Below are positions 1-9,397 of a stretch of 64,000 nt of DNA, one piece after another; positions within the stretch are counted from its first letter, which is position 1; each line of letters starts with the position of its first letter. The DNA lies in the IMG/VR virus record IMGVR_UViG_3300049192_000016, positions 1 to 64,000 of that record, one strand, 5' to 3'. This DNA comes from a virus. Its lineage: Duplodnaviria; Caudoviricetes. Both the position numbers and the translations under genes were made by a program. A model generated the notes under the pieces. The model saw only the letters and a program-made list of their open reading frames with translations. It made no database searches and was not told the origin of the DNA.

Positions 1-213
1 CAATTCGTATTTCAGGAAGAGCTTCAGGGCAGTAGTGACAGCATGTTTTTCTGCTTCCGTCATGTTGACAAGCATATCTTGCTTATCTTTTTCCATAGCA
101 ATTTCATCTGCTGTCCAGAAACATTTTTCTAGTTGTGTGCGAGCATACTCTACAAACTGAGGGTAATGTACTACATAACTGTCTGTGTGTGTTTTAATTC
201 GGGGTTGTTTCAT
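1..213 (-). CDS. nrdB: Ribonucleotide reductase beta subunit, N-terminal 71 aa (runs off window edge)
   Basis: Hand translation MKQPRIKTHTDSYVVHYPQFVEYARTQLEKCFWTADEIAMEKDKQDMLVNMTEAEKHAVTTALKLFLKYEL; the FW..DEI..D...L...EK pattern is typical of class Ia small subunits. Not in the ORF track. Confidence 0.85.
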   Translation of the reverse strand, partial: MKQPRIKTHTDSYVVHYPQFVEYARTQLEKCFWTADEIAMEKDKQDMLVNMTEAEKHAVTTALKLFLKYEL

Positions 214-265
214 CTCTCCCTTTCTCAATTCAAAGTACAAATCATATCACAATCTTTCTCGCCTG

Positions 266-574
266 TCAATGATCAAACTTCTCTGCCAGTACAAGATTGG
301 AGTAAATATCCCTCTCAACAATACCACAATCTAGAAGAAATTGTTCCGCTTTCTCTTTAGTGAGATTCCTGATGAACTTGTCTACCATGTCTTTTGTAAG
401 ATGTTGTTCAATGTAACTTGGATAACTTTTAAGATTCAGTTCGTGTTCTAGATTTGCAACATACTCTTCAATCTTGTACAAATTCTTCTTTGCGTCATAG
501 CTGTCATAGAAACAATCACAATCGGATTCTTCTAAATCTACTAGCCAGTCGAATAGCTCGTTTAATTCTTTCAT
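266..574 (-). CDS. Hypothetical protein (~102 aa; likely start MKELNE)
   Basis: Open frame packed between dut and nrdB on the coding strand. Confidence 0.7.
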   Translation of the reverse strand: MKELNELFDWLVDLEESDCDCFYDSYDAKKNLYKIEEYVANLEHELNLKSYPSYIEQHLTKDMVDKFIRNLTKEKAEQFLLDCGIVERDIYSNLVLAEKFDH

Positions 575-575
575 A

Positions 576-1028
576 TCAATTCCCGCTGTGTCCGAAGCCA
601 CCCTTACCACGCTTCGTATCAGAAAGCTTCTGCACCACTTCAAATTCAACTTGTTCTACAGGAACCAGCATAGCTTGTGCAATACGATCCCCATGTTTAA
701 CACGAAGCGGGTCCGTAGTCAACCCTGCCACAAGTCCCACTTTCACTTCACCTCGATAGTCACTATCAATAATCCCTGTACCATTGACAAGAGAAACATT
801 GTGTTTAAATCCGTGGCCAGAGCGAGAATACACTTTCATTGCATAGCCTTCTGGAATTTCGAATTCTAGCTTTGTGTCAAAGAAAGCAGTTGTGTTAGAG
901 TACATGTTAATACTTGCATTTGGACAATATGCGTAGATATCGAAGCAACCACTACCGTCTGTTGCATAGGTTGGGGTAATTGGTTCCGGCATATCTTTTT
1001 GGTGAATCTTTTTGATTTTTAGTTTCAA
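576..1028 (-). CDS. dut: dUTPase
   Basis: Motifs GSGCFDI, RSGHG, GIIDSDYRGEV, GDRIAQ, RGKGGFGHSG. Confidence 0.97.
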   Translation of the reverse strand: MKLKIKKIHQKDMPEPITPTYATDGSGCFDIYAYCPNASINMYSNTTAFFDTKLEFEIPEGYAMKVYSRSGHGFKHNVSLVNGTGIIDSDYRGEVKVGLVAGLTTDPLRVKHGDRIAQAMLVPVEQVEFEVVQKLSDTKRGKGGFGHSGN

Positions 1029-1279
1029 TTCAACATCCCCTCCGCAATTGCAACTACTTCCTTAGAATAACTGGATGCCAGAGGGCTTCCAACTCCATGA
1101 ATAACACTATATTCAGGCAAAAAAGTTCGTGCTTCATTTTCAGCCATATCGTATGTGTAATCTGACATTACAGGCTCTGCTAAAACATAATACAAATAAC
1201 GATGTGCAAGAAGGTTGTTTTCTACTTCTTGGTACGTACAACCTTCCCAATAACTGCTTTGTTCTTTTGTTACGATCAT
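1025..1279 (-). CDS. Stand-alone domain Ia-like protein of NAD-dependent DNA ligase
   Basis: AHRYLYYVLAEPVMSDYTYD matches the LigA domain Ia pattern H...YY....P..SD..YD. Confidence 0.7.
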   Translation of the reverse strand: MIVTKEQSSYWEGCTYQEVENNLLAHRYLYYVLAEPVMSDYTYDMAENEARTFLPEYSVIHGVGSPLASSYSKEVVAIAEGMLN

Positions 1280-2241
1280 TTACCATACTCCTCTTCAAGC
1301 CACTTCATACTAACAAACAAAGGATCATAACTGCCATTCTTAACATTGTGTTTCAGAATCAGTCCTCTCCAATGTTTATTACCTTGGAAACCTTTGTAGT
1401 CTTCCTCATGTACGTACGCTGCACCAGCCACAATACCCCATTGCTGTTGTCCATTTGCAGGCAAGAACCTAGTAGCCACATCAAGGCACTGTCGATGCCC
1501 CATAGTGAATGATTGTCCAATCGTCTTCAACATGTTAGCTGCTGTACCACCAAGAGGTTTACCAGTCATTACGTTAGGGAAGTAGTGGCAATATACAATA
1601 CCATCTACTTCTACAGGAGTGAGAAAATCATAAACTTCCCAACCAAGTTCTTTGTATTGTAAGTCATCAATACTCAAGAAACCATGCAACTCAGGATTCG
1701 CATTTACGTGACGAGTGATACGGTCTTCATGATTTCCAAGAGTCAATACGAGACGAGGATTATAAACTTCCTCACCATTTGCACGTTGCTGTTCCTGCAA
1801 ATCACGCAAAGGTTTCAACAAAGCTTTCATGCCGCCAACAGCCCAATCAATATCATCTTGTACGCGACGGCCTTCGGCACTCTTCTTACCTTTATCATAC
1901 GATGATAAAGAAGGCATGTCCGCATGGTCAGCAAGGTGAACCACAACATCAGGACGCTTACGAACAATGTATTCACCAATCCAACGGAGATAATCAAAAG
2001 AGATTCCGGGCTTTACTTGTGTGTCTGGAATGACTAGATGTGTCTTAGGGGAACCGTCTACACGCTCATAAGTTTTCAAAGTTTCAGTCACCTTGCCACT
2101 CATCTCACGATAATACTTCCTCAGAAAATCACTCACAGTCGTGCGAGGAATTTTCACAATCTCAGCAATCTGCCTCCAGCTAAGAACTTTGGTATTAGCT
2201 AGAGAAACTGCCTGTGCCTGCCACGTATTATGCTCAATCAT
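1276..2241 (-). CDS. Calcineurin-like metallophosphoesterase with N-terminal HTH
   Basis: HLVIPDTQ, HLADHAD, LGNHE, GH motifs; N-terminal SWRQIAEIVKIPRTTVSDFL helix-turn-helix. Confidence 0.85.
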   Translation of the reverse strand: MIEHNTWQAQAVSLANTKVLSWRQIAEIVKIPRTTVSDFLRKYYREMSGKVTETLKTYERVDGSPKTHLVIPDTQVKPGISFDYLRWIGEYIVRKRPDVVVHLADHADMPSLSSYDKGKKSAEGRRVQDDIDWAVGGMKALLKPLRDLQEQQRANGEEVYNPRLVLTLGNHEDRITRHVNANPELHGFLSIDDLQYKELGWEVYDFLTPVEVDGIVYCHYFPNVMTGKPLGGTAANMLKTIGQSFTMGHRQCLDVATRFLPANGQQQWGIVAGAAYVHEEDYKGFQGNKHWRGLILKHNVKNGSYDPLFVSMKWLEEEYGK

Positions 2242-2860
2242 TCATCCTCCTTAGTATTTCCTGCCCCGTCACCAAAAACACCTGTTATATTCCCACCTCC
2301 GCCTGCTGTCCAACTAGTTCCAGTTTTTACTCCAACAGGTAATCCTGTTTTGTCCCAAAGTTGAGCATTCACCATATAGCTAGGATCAACCTGCATACCA
2401 CCGTAAGTGATGCCGCCCGTGCTCAAATGTTGCACAGCCTTACTTAGTTGTTTTACAGTATCTTCCAAAAGCAATACCCGATGTTTCAACTCTGCAATCT
2501 CTTTCTGAGGATTCCAAATTTGTGCTTCATTCATACAACCACCCACTCTCCAACATCAACCAAGTTATCACCTTCCTCTACAGTACAAGTAGTGAATAGT
2601 TTCCCATTTCTCATGATTTTGTATTTGTCATCAACCATCTCTGCAACATAAATCACAGAAGGATTTGACTTATGATAGAAAGAGAAATTGTTCATTCTTG
2701 TTCCAACGTAGGCTTATCAAATGCTGCCATGAAAATCTTGAAAGCATTTTCTAGAGCTTGTCGAGAGGGATATTTGGAACAAGCTTGCAGATATGCCCCA
2801 TCAATCAATTGTACGATGTAATAACCATCACTATCATGCATTACACGGAATTCATTCATT
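2238..2860 (-). CDS. Three small hypothetical genes (2238-2546 plus two of ~50 aa)
   Basis: Tandem overlapping ORFs on the coding strand. Confidence 0.6.
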
Positions 2861-2861
2861 T

Positions 2862-3389
2862 TCAAGTTCTTTCAGTTGTTTGATAAATTTTCTTCAAAGC
2901 TTCTTTCCTCTGTTCATTATTCTTACACACAAAATCATGGCTGTCAAGCAATTGTTGAAGTTCTTGTTTATTGTCTTTCTTTAACATCTTCGCAATGAAC
3001 AATGCCTCTTTGGCTTGTTCCTCTGTCACGCCGTATTTGTCCATGTAAGTTTTCACATTATGGCAACCATCGCATAATATCTGGTATCCATCTACATCAA
3101 CAAACAAGCGTTCAATAAACCCTGCAATATCCTCTTTACAAGACAAAGAGCCGCAAGGAATGATGTGGTCCGATGCTACAGATTTACTATCGAAGAGCCC
3201 TGCACACTTAGCACAACGATAGAGCCATTTCTTACGTTTGTTGTCTCCAACATAAGGAACTTTAGCGTTGTTCATTGCTTCGTATGCGGGAGGCCATCGT
3301 TGTGATAGCTTGCGCAAGCCGCTTCGCAACCATTGGAAAAATTTTTTATCAGCTTGCACAGGTATAAGTGCCTCCTGTAAATCCGGCAT
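2862..3389 (-). CDS. HNH (His-Me finger) endonuclease of the replication module
   Basis: CAKC...SDHIIPCG...YQILCDGCHNVKT. Confidence 0.85.
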   Translation of the reverse strand: MPDLQEALIPVQADKKFFQWLRSGLRKLSQRWPPAYEAMNNAKVPYVGDNKRKKWLYRCAKCAGLFDSKSVASDHIIPCGSLSCKEDIAGFIERLFVDVDGYQILCDGCHNVKTYMDKYGVTEEQAKEALFIAKMLKKDNKQELQQLLDSHDFVCKNNEQRKEALKKIYQTTERT

Positions 3390-4161
3390 TCTTGAAACGG
3401 TCTTTCTCCAAGTCGCGTTGCGTTGTTGAGTCTAACAACTTTTGAAAGAAATCTTCACTACCTGTGACATAAACGCCATCAACCCACAAAGAAAACCATT
3501 TAGGTTCATATCGTTTGATAAGATGTTTCTTCCGTCGCATTTTCATTTCAACACTCCTACCAAATACAATGCTTCAGATTCGCTAAAGCCTTCTGCGCGG
3601 TATGCGTCGTATTTGGCTTTGGTCATACGGGCTTGTAGACGGATAGACTCAACATGAGTCACCCAATTGTCTGTGATAGATTTAATCGCTTGAGCGGCTT
3701 CCACGATTGCTTTTTGCTTGTCGTCTTTATTCATTCCACATCCTCCAAGTTTGTCGGCAAAGTACCTCCGTACTCGTACAGCCACTGATTATCACATTCA
3801 ATATATTCCACAGTAAAACCAAGAACTTCTAACACTTGATCGAGTCGAAGGGAATGACCCTCAAGCTTCAGTTTATTATTTACGTAGAAACCTTCCCAAT
3901 CATCACAGTTGCTAACTATGGTTAGTTTCCTATTCATCATTTCTTCCCATGCCGAGCAAAGCAATCTGCATAACCACTCTTGTAGCTTTCCTGCATAGCA
4001 ATACAAACAGCAGCCACAACATAACTATGCGGAATGAACTCTTCTACATTTCCCACATAAGAATGTTTTTCGTCATCGTCTTCAATACAGGCGCGGATGA
4101 CTTCTACGGCTGTATTGATCATGTGTTCGGGGAAAGATTCTCTCAATTGGTTGTAGCTCAT
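3349..4161 (-). CDS. Run of four small hypothetical genes
   Basis: ORFs 3349-3546, 3543-3785, 3731-4006, 3937-4161 with overlapping start/stop packing. Confidence 0.65.
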
Positions 4162-5120
4162 TTAATATTCCATTCTTCACTAAATTTATATTGTTGCCCT
4201 ACGTAGTCTAGCATCTTCAACAATTGCATGTTTTCATCCATCACTTCAATCCACGACATTGTTCCTCCATCGGGCACCAGCAATCCATCTTGAAAGGTTT
4301 CTCTGTAAATCCAAGCAACACGTTGTGCAAGCTGCTCTTTGGTTGTGCAATCCGAAAGACACTTAGTGGCACTGACTTCACCAAAACCTTTTCCACGACG
4401 CAATCCAAACTTCTCAACAACGGACTCTACGGCGTATGGGATTCCTTGTATGTTGTCACAAGCATCCCCACGAAGACTTTGCCAGCACATGTGATAGAAA
4501 GCATCGAAATCCTTCACATAAGAAGGTTGAGCATCCCATCGTTTCCAGTCAGAGTGCCAGCCCACACATTGATTAAGGTCTTTGTCACAGTGCATTACAG
4601 AACGCTCAGAATCCTCTCCAAATTCTTTGTGTTCGTACAACCAAATAGATGCAATGTCATCAGTTTCAATGTTTGTACTTGGTTGTACAATGTAAGACCC
4701 GATTTCTTTAATCAACCTCTCTTTAATTGCATTGAACAGCAAAGGTTTAGCCGGACGTTGACCTTTATAAGGTTGAATCCTTGCAACTTTATCTCTGAAG
4801 TTACCGTACGGGCCTCCTAATCCAAATCTTACAGTTTTCACAGGGTTTGCATCAGCAATGTCGCTCATTCGTGCAAGCAACCCGTCTACAGCTTTTCTAA
4901 CACTACCTACAACTGTTTGACAATCCTCAATCTCAAATTGAGAAGGTTTCCATTTAGGATTTTCCTTCAACCAATTCTTAAAATCTGTTCGTGTACTGTA
5001 ATGTTTCTTTCTGCCAGATTGGATGTGTGTGACAAGAATTGTGTTCTCTTGTTGCGTTGCTGCCGCTGAAACTAGAGGTGTGTCGAAGTCTACAAAGAGG
5101 TCATATTTACGTTTTCTCAT
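4158..5120 (-). CDS. 5'-3' exonuclease (T7 gp6-like)
   Basis: FVDFDT, NFRDKVA..QPYKGQR, ETDD, DKDLNQ, GDACDNIQGIP, GFGEVSA motifs. Confidence 0.9.
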   Translation of the reverse strand: MRKRKYDLFVDFDTPLVSAAATQQENTILVTHIQSGRKKHYSTRTDFKNWLKENPKWKPSQFEIEDCQTVVGSVRKAVDGLLARMSDIADANPVKTVRFGLGGPYGNFRDKVARIQPYKGQRPAKPLLFNAIKERLIKEIGSYIVQPSTNIETDDIASIWLYEHKEFGEDSERSVMHCDKDLNQCVGWHSDWKRWDAQPSYVKDFDAFYHMCWQSLRGDACDNIQGIPYAVESVVEKFGLRRGKGFGEVSATKCLSDCTTKEQLAQRVAWIYRETFQDGLLVPDGGTMSWIEVMDENMQLLKMLDYVGQQYKFSEEWNIK

Positions 5121-5129
5121 ATGTCTCCA

Positions 5130-5166
5130 AAAGAAAAGCCCTGAAGCCTTTCGGACAACAGGGCTT
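5130..5166 (-). terminator. Intrinsic terminator after SSB gene
   Basis: AAGCCCTG...CAGGGCTT followed by TTCTTT on minus strand. Confidence 0.7.
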
Positions 5167-5179
5167 AATTTAAGCTACA

Positions 5180-5821
5180 TCAGAAGGGTGCGTCTTCCGT
5201 TTCGTCAGCATCTTCTTGCTCTACAACAGTTTGTTTCTGTTTGTTTGCACGAGCTTGAGTAGCTGCTTTACGTGGAGCTTCAGTTTTCACTTCCTTAGCT
5301 TCACCAAACTCACTACCCGGAGCACCACCTTTCGATTCGTACTCAATGAAACCATCTTCGGTCATCAAGACATTTTGTAGTTTTGCAAACGTTCCAAAGT
5401 CATTACTGTTGATGCGATAAGACACTTTACCAAAGCTACCATTCGCAATCAACCTCGACTCAGTAATTTCTACACGATCACCGTTAGCATAGTCCACAAA
5501 AACTTTTGGACGATTCTCAGGATAGAACGGCTCACCATCTTTCGTAGCATCTCGCTTGAGTTTAATTTCGTAGACGTTCTTCTCACCTTTCAGATGATCT
5601 GGCAGTGACATCTTATACTTTGATTCAAACTCACCAGTTTTAACTTTCTTTGCCGGTTGTTTCTTGAATTCCGCTTCCCAAGCATCTGCTGCATCTTCAT
5701 TCACAATCACACTGATAGTGTACTCAGTGTCTTTGGATTGATATTTAGGAGAGGCTTCAGCAATCTTCGCGTACACCAGAGTACCTTCGATAACACCAAA
5801 CGTCTTTTTCTTTTCAGTCAT
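5180..5821 (-). CDS. Single-stranded DNA-binding protein (T7 gp2.5-like)
   Basis: Position in T7-like replisome, ANGS.GKV motif, acidic C-tail ending in Phe (EQEDADETEDAPF). Confidence 0.7.
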   Translation of the reverse strand: MTEKKKTFGVIEGTLVYAKIAEASPKYQSKDTEYTISVIVNEDAADAWEAEFKKQPAKKVKTGEFESKYKMSLPDHLKGEKNVYEIKLKRDATKDGEPFYPENRPKVFVDYANGDRVEITESRLIANGSFGKVSYRINSNDFGTFAKLQNVLMTEDGFIEYESKGGAPGSEFGEAKEVKTEAPRKAATQARANKQKQTVVEQEDADETEDAPF

Positions 5822-5879
5822 ATATTTCCTTCTCTTGTTTAATTAATAAATGCACTTGCTTTTAGCTCTTGCTTTGAAA

Positions 5880-6641
5880 TCACTTACCTTGCAAAATAGC
5901 CTTCAGTTGCTTCTGCTGAATCACCATTTTAGCAAGTTCTTTCTTCAAATACTTCAATTCTTCGTGAGCTTGATACTCAGTACCGATTTCACCTATCTGA
6001 TCAGCATCCCGCTTGACCTGCTTCCAATAAGTGATGTGTTCATGATAAGCAGTAATAACCTTCTTATTGAAATTACTAATCTGCATTGCTACCGATTGGG
6101 ACAACGTTGCTTTACTCATTTTACTTCCTCCTTAAATGGAACATACTTCGTATTCAATGTTTCAAATACACCACTCTCAGCATCATACTCCACAACCATA
6201 CTTGTATAAACATATGGAGCATCATTCAAATAACTAGCAGGATGATCTACAGTTATAACTATTGCGCGATTTCCCACAAGAATTGGCAACTCTGTAGGTT
6301 TGTAATGCACAACAGGTTTTTGGTATGTTTCTTGTGTGATTGCATCAAAATACTCTTGTTTAGTGTTATACATCTTCATTCTCCTTAATACTCTCTTCAG
6401 CCAACTTAACAAACTTCTCGAAAGTATCCTGCATCTTCTTCGTCATCACTTGTTGTCCATTTGTGAAGGACAGGATGTGATTTCCCATGTAATAAGCGTA
6501 GCTGACAATCCCGGCCTCCCGGTTAAAGCTCAATCCGAATGTGTTCAGTGTGGCCTGAAGGCTGTCTAGATATTGCTTGAAAGCTTTGTGTGCTGCTTCA
6601 TCCGTGAAGTCTATCTTATGATATTTCTGTTCTACGAACAT
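5880..6641 (-). CDS. Three small hypothetical genes
   Basis: ORFs 5880-6119, 6116-6412, 6366-6641. Confidence 0.65.
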
Positions 6642-6659
6642 CTTTTACCTTTGTTGATT

Positions 6660-6744
6660 TGATGGACATTACAGGATTCCCACCTGTTTCCGCTCCCAAT
6701 GTGACTCTTTACATGCAAAGGGAACAGATCGCGTACTAATGTCC
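6660..6744 (-). ncRNA. tRNA-like element, anticodon not assignable
   Basis: 7-bp acceptor GGACATT/AATGTCC, T-arm-like ACAGG-TGGGAAT-CCTGT, 3' A-TCA; lies 7 nt downstream of tRNA-Arg. Confidence 0.5.
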
Positions 6745-6751
6745 GTTGTTC

Positions 6752-6828
6752 TGGCCCGCCAAGCAAGACTTGAACTTGCGACAACGGACTTAGAAGGTCC
6801 GTGCTCTATCCATCTGAGCTATTGGCGG
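6752..6828 (-). tRNA. tRNA-Arg(UCU)
   Basis: CCGCCAA acceptor, TAGCTCAG D-arm, CGGAC-CTTCTAA-GTCCG anticodon arm, GTTCAAGTC T-loop, encoded CCA. Confidence 0.95.
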
Positions 6829-6840
6829 ATATGAAACGTC

Positions 6841-6869
6841 ATCCTACACTACTTTGTTTGTCCTGTCAA
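6841..6869 (-). promoter_or_regulatory. Sigma70-type promoter for tRNA-Arg
   Basis: TTGACA-N17-TAGGAT. Confidence 0.7.
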
Positions 6870-9007
6870 GTAGGATTTACAAATATTTTCCCACTCAACA
6901 CGTCATCAATCATGTCATTCAAACATTTCCATTGATGATTCTTAGCGAAGTCATCCCCTACATTGTAAACTGTCTGCACATATTTAACATACTCTTTGAA
7001 ATCACTATCAGTCCAAACTTCTACATCTGTAGGCTTCTGTGTGAAATCCTCTTTCGTCACAGCCTTCTTACGTTTCGTTACCATTGCCCTTCTCCTCAAA
7101 CATCATAATCATATAATCCTTACCATCTAAATCCTTCCTCCGTTTCAATAGATAATGGAAACTATCATAGAAAGTAGCAGCTTCATATTCAGTATCATAA
7201 TGATGTTCGCCCATATCGATTTCTGTTTCCCAAGCAACTATCCACATTTCAAACCCTCCACTTGCACTGAGCAACCGTATGCACCATAGCACCAATTGCT
7301 ACAACAATGTTTAAAACAGGAATAGCAGCAATAACAAGACATTCAATCAAATCTACATACGTCATTACACGCTTACAAGCTAAATAATCTGCCGCCATTG
7401 CAATCAAGCACCAAATTACACAAATCAAATATAGGACTAGCATTTAAATATCCCCTGTGTTTCTTTCCAGTAACATGACCTCTAAACGGTCAATCTCATC
7501 TTCCGTCATCATTGTATAACAATCCTGTCCATTGTCAAGGTCATATACAAACAAAATTTCTACTTCATCATAACTTTGTGGTTCGTCCCATGTATAAGGG
7601 TTCCACGTTCGGAAGTTGCCTTTGTCATACCAATAAACTACTTCGTAGAGTTCTCTATCCTCTCCACAAGCTTCAATTGTGAAAGAGATGTTGTTGCTAT
7701 AGATCATTCGATTCCCCTTGTATTGTCGGAAGTCGTCCAAACTGGCTAGTCAACCCAATAGCAAGCAAATCTACAGAGCGAATGTGTTCAATCAATGTTT
7801 TGTAGTCATATGGAGAATGGCCTGTGCTATGTAAATAGTCTAACATTTTATCTGCACGCACTCGCCATGTAACATGTGCGTCTGTTTCATCCACTTTTCG
7901 CTTATGTGGAAAATTTGGGGGAAACAGAGCATTATGTTTAGTTTTGAAGCGGAAGCTGTCAAGCTTTAGTAAAACTGCTTTTGTTGCAGATTCCAGCAGA
8001 GGTTTGGCTTCACGTTTTGATAAACGGTCATAAGTTCTCAATCAAAAACTCCAGCAGTACGTTCGGTCCAAACAGCTTCCAGAATAGCACCAATTACCCA
8101 ACGATGAGGGAGGAAGTCAGTAGGAGTGACATATTTTTCAGGGTTTAATAGTGCGTGTGTCTGTGCAATCCGCAATGCACGGTCAACATTGTGTTCGCCA
8201 TAGCTGTCAATCCACTCTTCGTAATAATCTCGTTCAATATCATTCATTGTTTTTCTCCCACTGTTTAATCAATCTGACAGGCACTTTCTGCCATTTCTTC
8301 TTACCGCCTATCCAGACGTAATCTTCAAGGTTCATTAGAGATCACTCCTACCAAGTATAATTCGTTTCACTCGTGTAGCACTCGGATTGTCATATTCGTA
8401 ATGCAAATCAGCAAACTCTAATGTGTCGAATGTTGAATTGCTCCATTTGAGGTCTTCTTGTTTGGTGTCAGGAAGAACTAGTTCTGTTTCATAAATATCG
8501 TGTCCTTGATAATATCCGTGATGACGTTCTTTGGCTAACACAACATCGATAGTGCAATCGTCAGGAAAGCGTTTAAGCCATTCTTGGAGTTGTTTGTTGG
8601 TTGTAGGCATCAGGCCACCTTTTCAAATATCGCATATTCAAGTTCATGAACTTTTTCAAGAGGGATTTCTAACTCTTGCCCGCATTGCATTCCACTGCCG
8701 CGAACAGTTAGATAGTATTTCCCTTTACGTTCGTTGAGGGACACATATCCGGGATAAGCCTTACCATTTGTTTCTGTATATGCAAAAATTTTCCTGTTCA
8801 TATCAAAATCGCTTTCTTTGTTAGTTCGTATTCTTCAGCCTCATCTTCGTGACTAGTGTAGCTATCCAAACTGTAACTCAAATCATCTGTCCAAATAACG
8901 TGAGGAGCAAAAGCACGTTCAGGAAGTTGACCATGATCAGCATACACGTACACTTCCAATTCTGGATCGTGTTGTTGGAGGAGTTCAATCAATTGTTTAA
9001 CTTTCAT
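6866..9007 (-). CDS. Run of ~10 small hypothetical genes
   Basis: Consecutive overlapping minus-strand ORFs of 60-115 aa (6866-7099, 7068-7295, 7249-7443, 7444-7740, 7697-8041, 8038-8247, 8335-8610, 8610-8801, 8798-9007). Confidence 0.65.
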
Positions 9008-9016
9008 GTTGTTCCT

Positions 9017-9169
9017 TTAGTGAATATCAGAGTATTTTGTACCAAAATTAATATCGCAAGCTAACTCCCTGTTCAACTTCAACTGATTGTTCACAGCTTG
9101 CATAGCATCTTCTACAAGAGTTTTATATTCAGGTTGTTTGTCTTCATCTAGCTCTAAAATCTTTTCATC
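9017..9169 (-). CDS. DNA polymerase (family A), exon 2
   Basis: DEKILELDEDK...NRELACDINFGTKYSDIH*; completes motif C (QFH|DE) after splicing. Confidence 0.92.
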   Translation of the reverse strand, partial: DEKILELDEDKQPEYKTLVEDAMQAVNNQLKLNRELACDINFGTKYSDIH

Positions 9170-9397
9170 CAGTCTTGTTCTGCGCTTCGTTAGAGCGCCC
9201 TCCCATTACTAAGAGTGTCGGACTATATCACCATCCCGTAGGATGCCCCCCGTTTCGATTCCACTTGGAACCTACGCCTTACGGCTAGTCTCTGAACGTT
9301 CTCTTAAAAGAGCTTCGCTGCTGATTGCCCTAGAAGGGTTTCCAGCAATTAGAGGGGTTATTCAATGTAGATTACTCTACAAGGCCACAATGAGTTT
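9170..9397 (-). mobile_element. Group I intron (228 nt, no internal ORF) in DNA polymerase
   Basis: P AATTGCTGGAAA, Q AATCAGCAG, R GTTCAGAGACTA, S GATATAGTCC; 5' exon ends in U, intron ends in G; P1 CCAU/GUGG and P10 UCAUU/GAUGA pairings. Confidence 0.93.

Noticed and set aside
4224-4820. Long antisense ORFs (also 34447-35241, 35779-36402, 51208-51861, 62640-63320)
   Set aside because: Shadows of well-supported genes on the opposite strand, with no RBS or motifs.
9377-9397. Polymerase C-terminus KLIVAL in the ORF track
   Set aside because: Read-through into the intron; lacks the catalytic DE of motif C.
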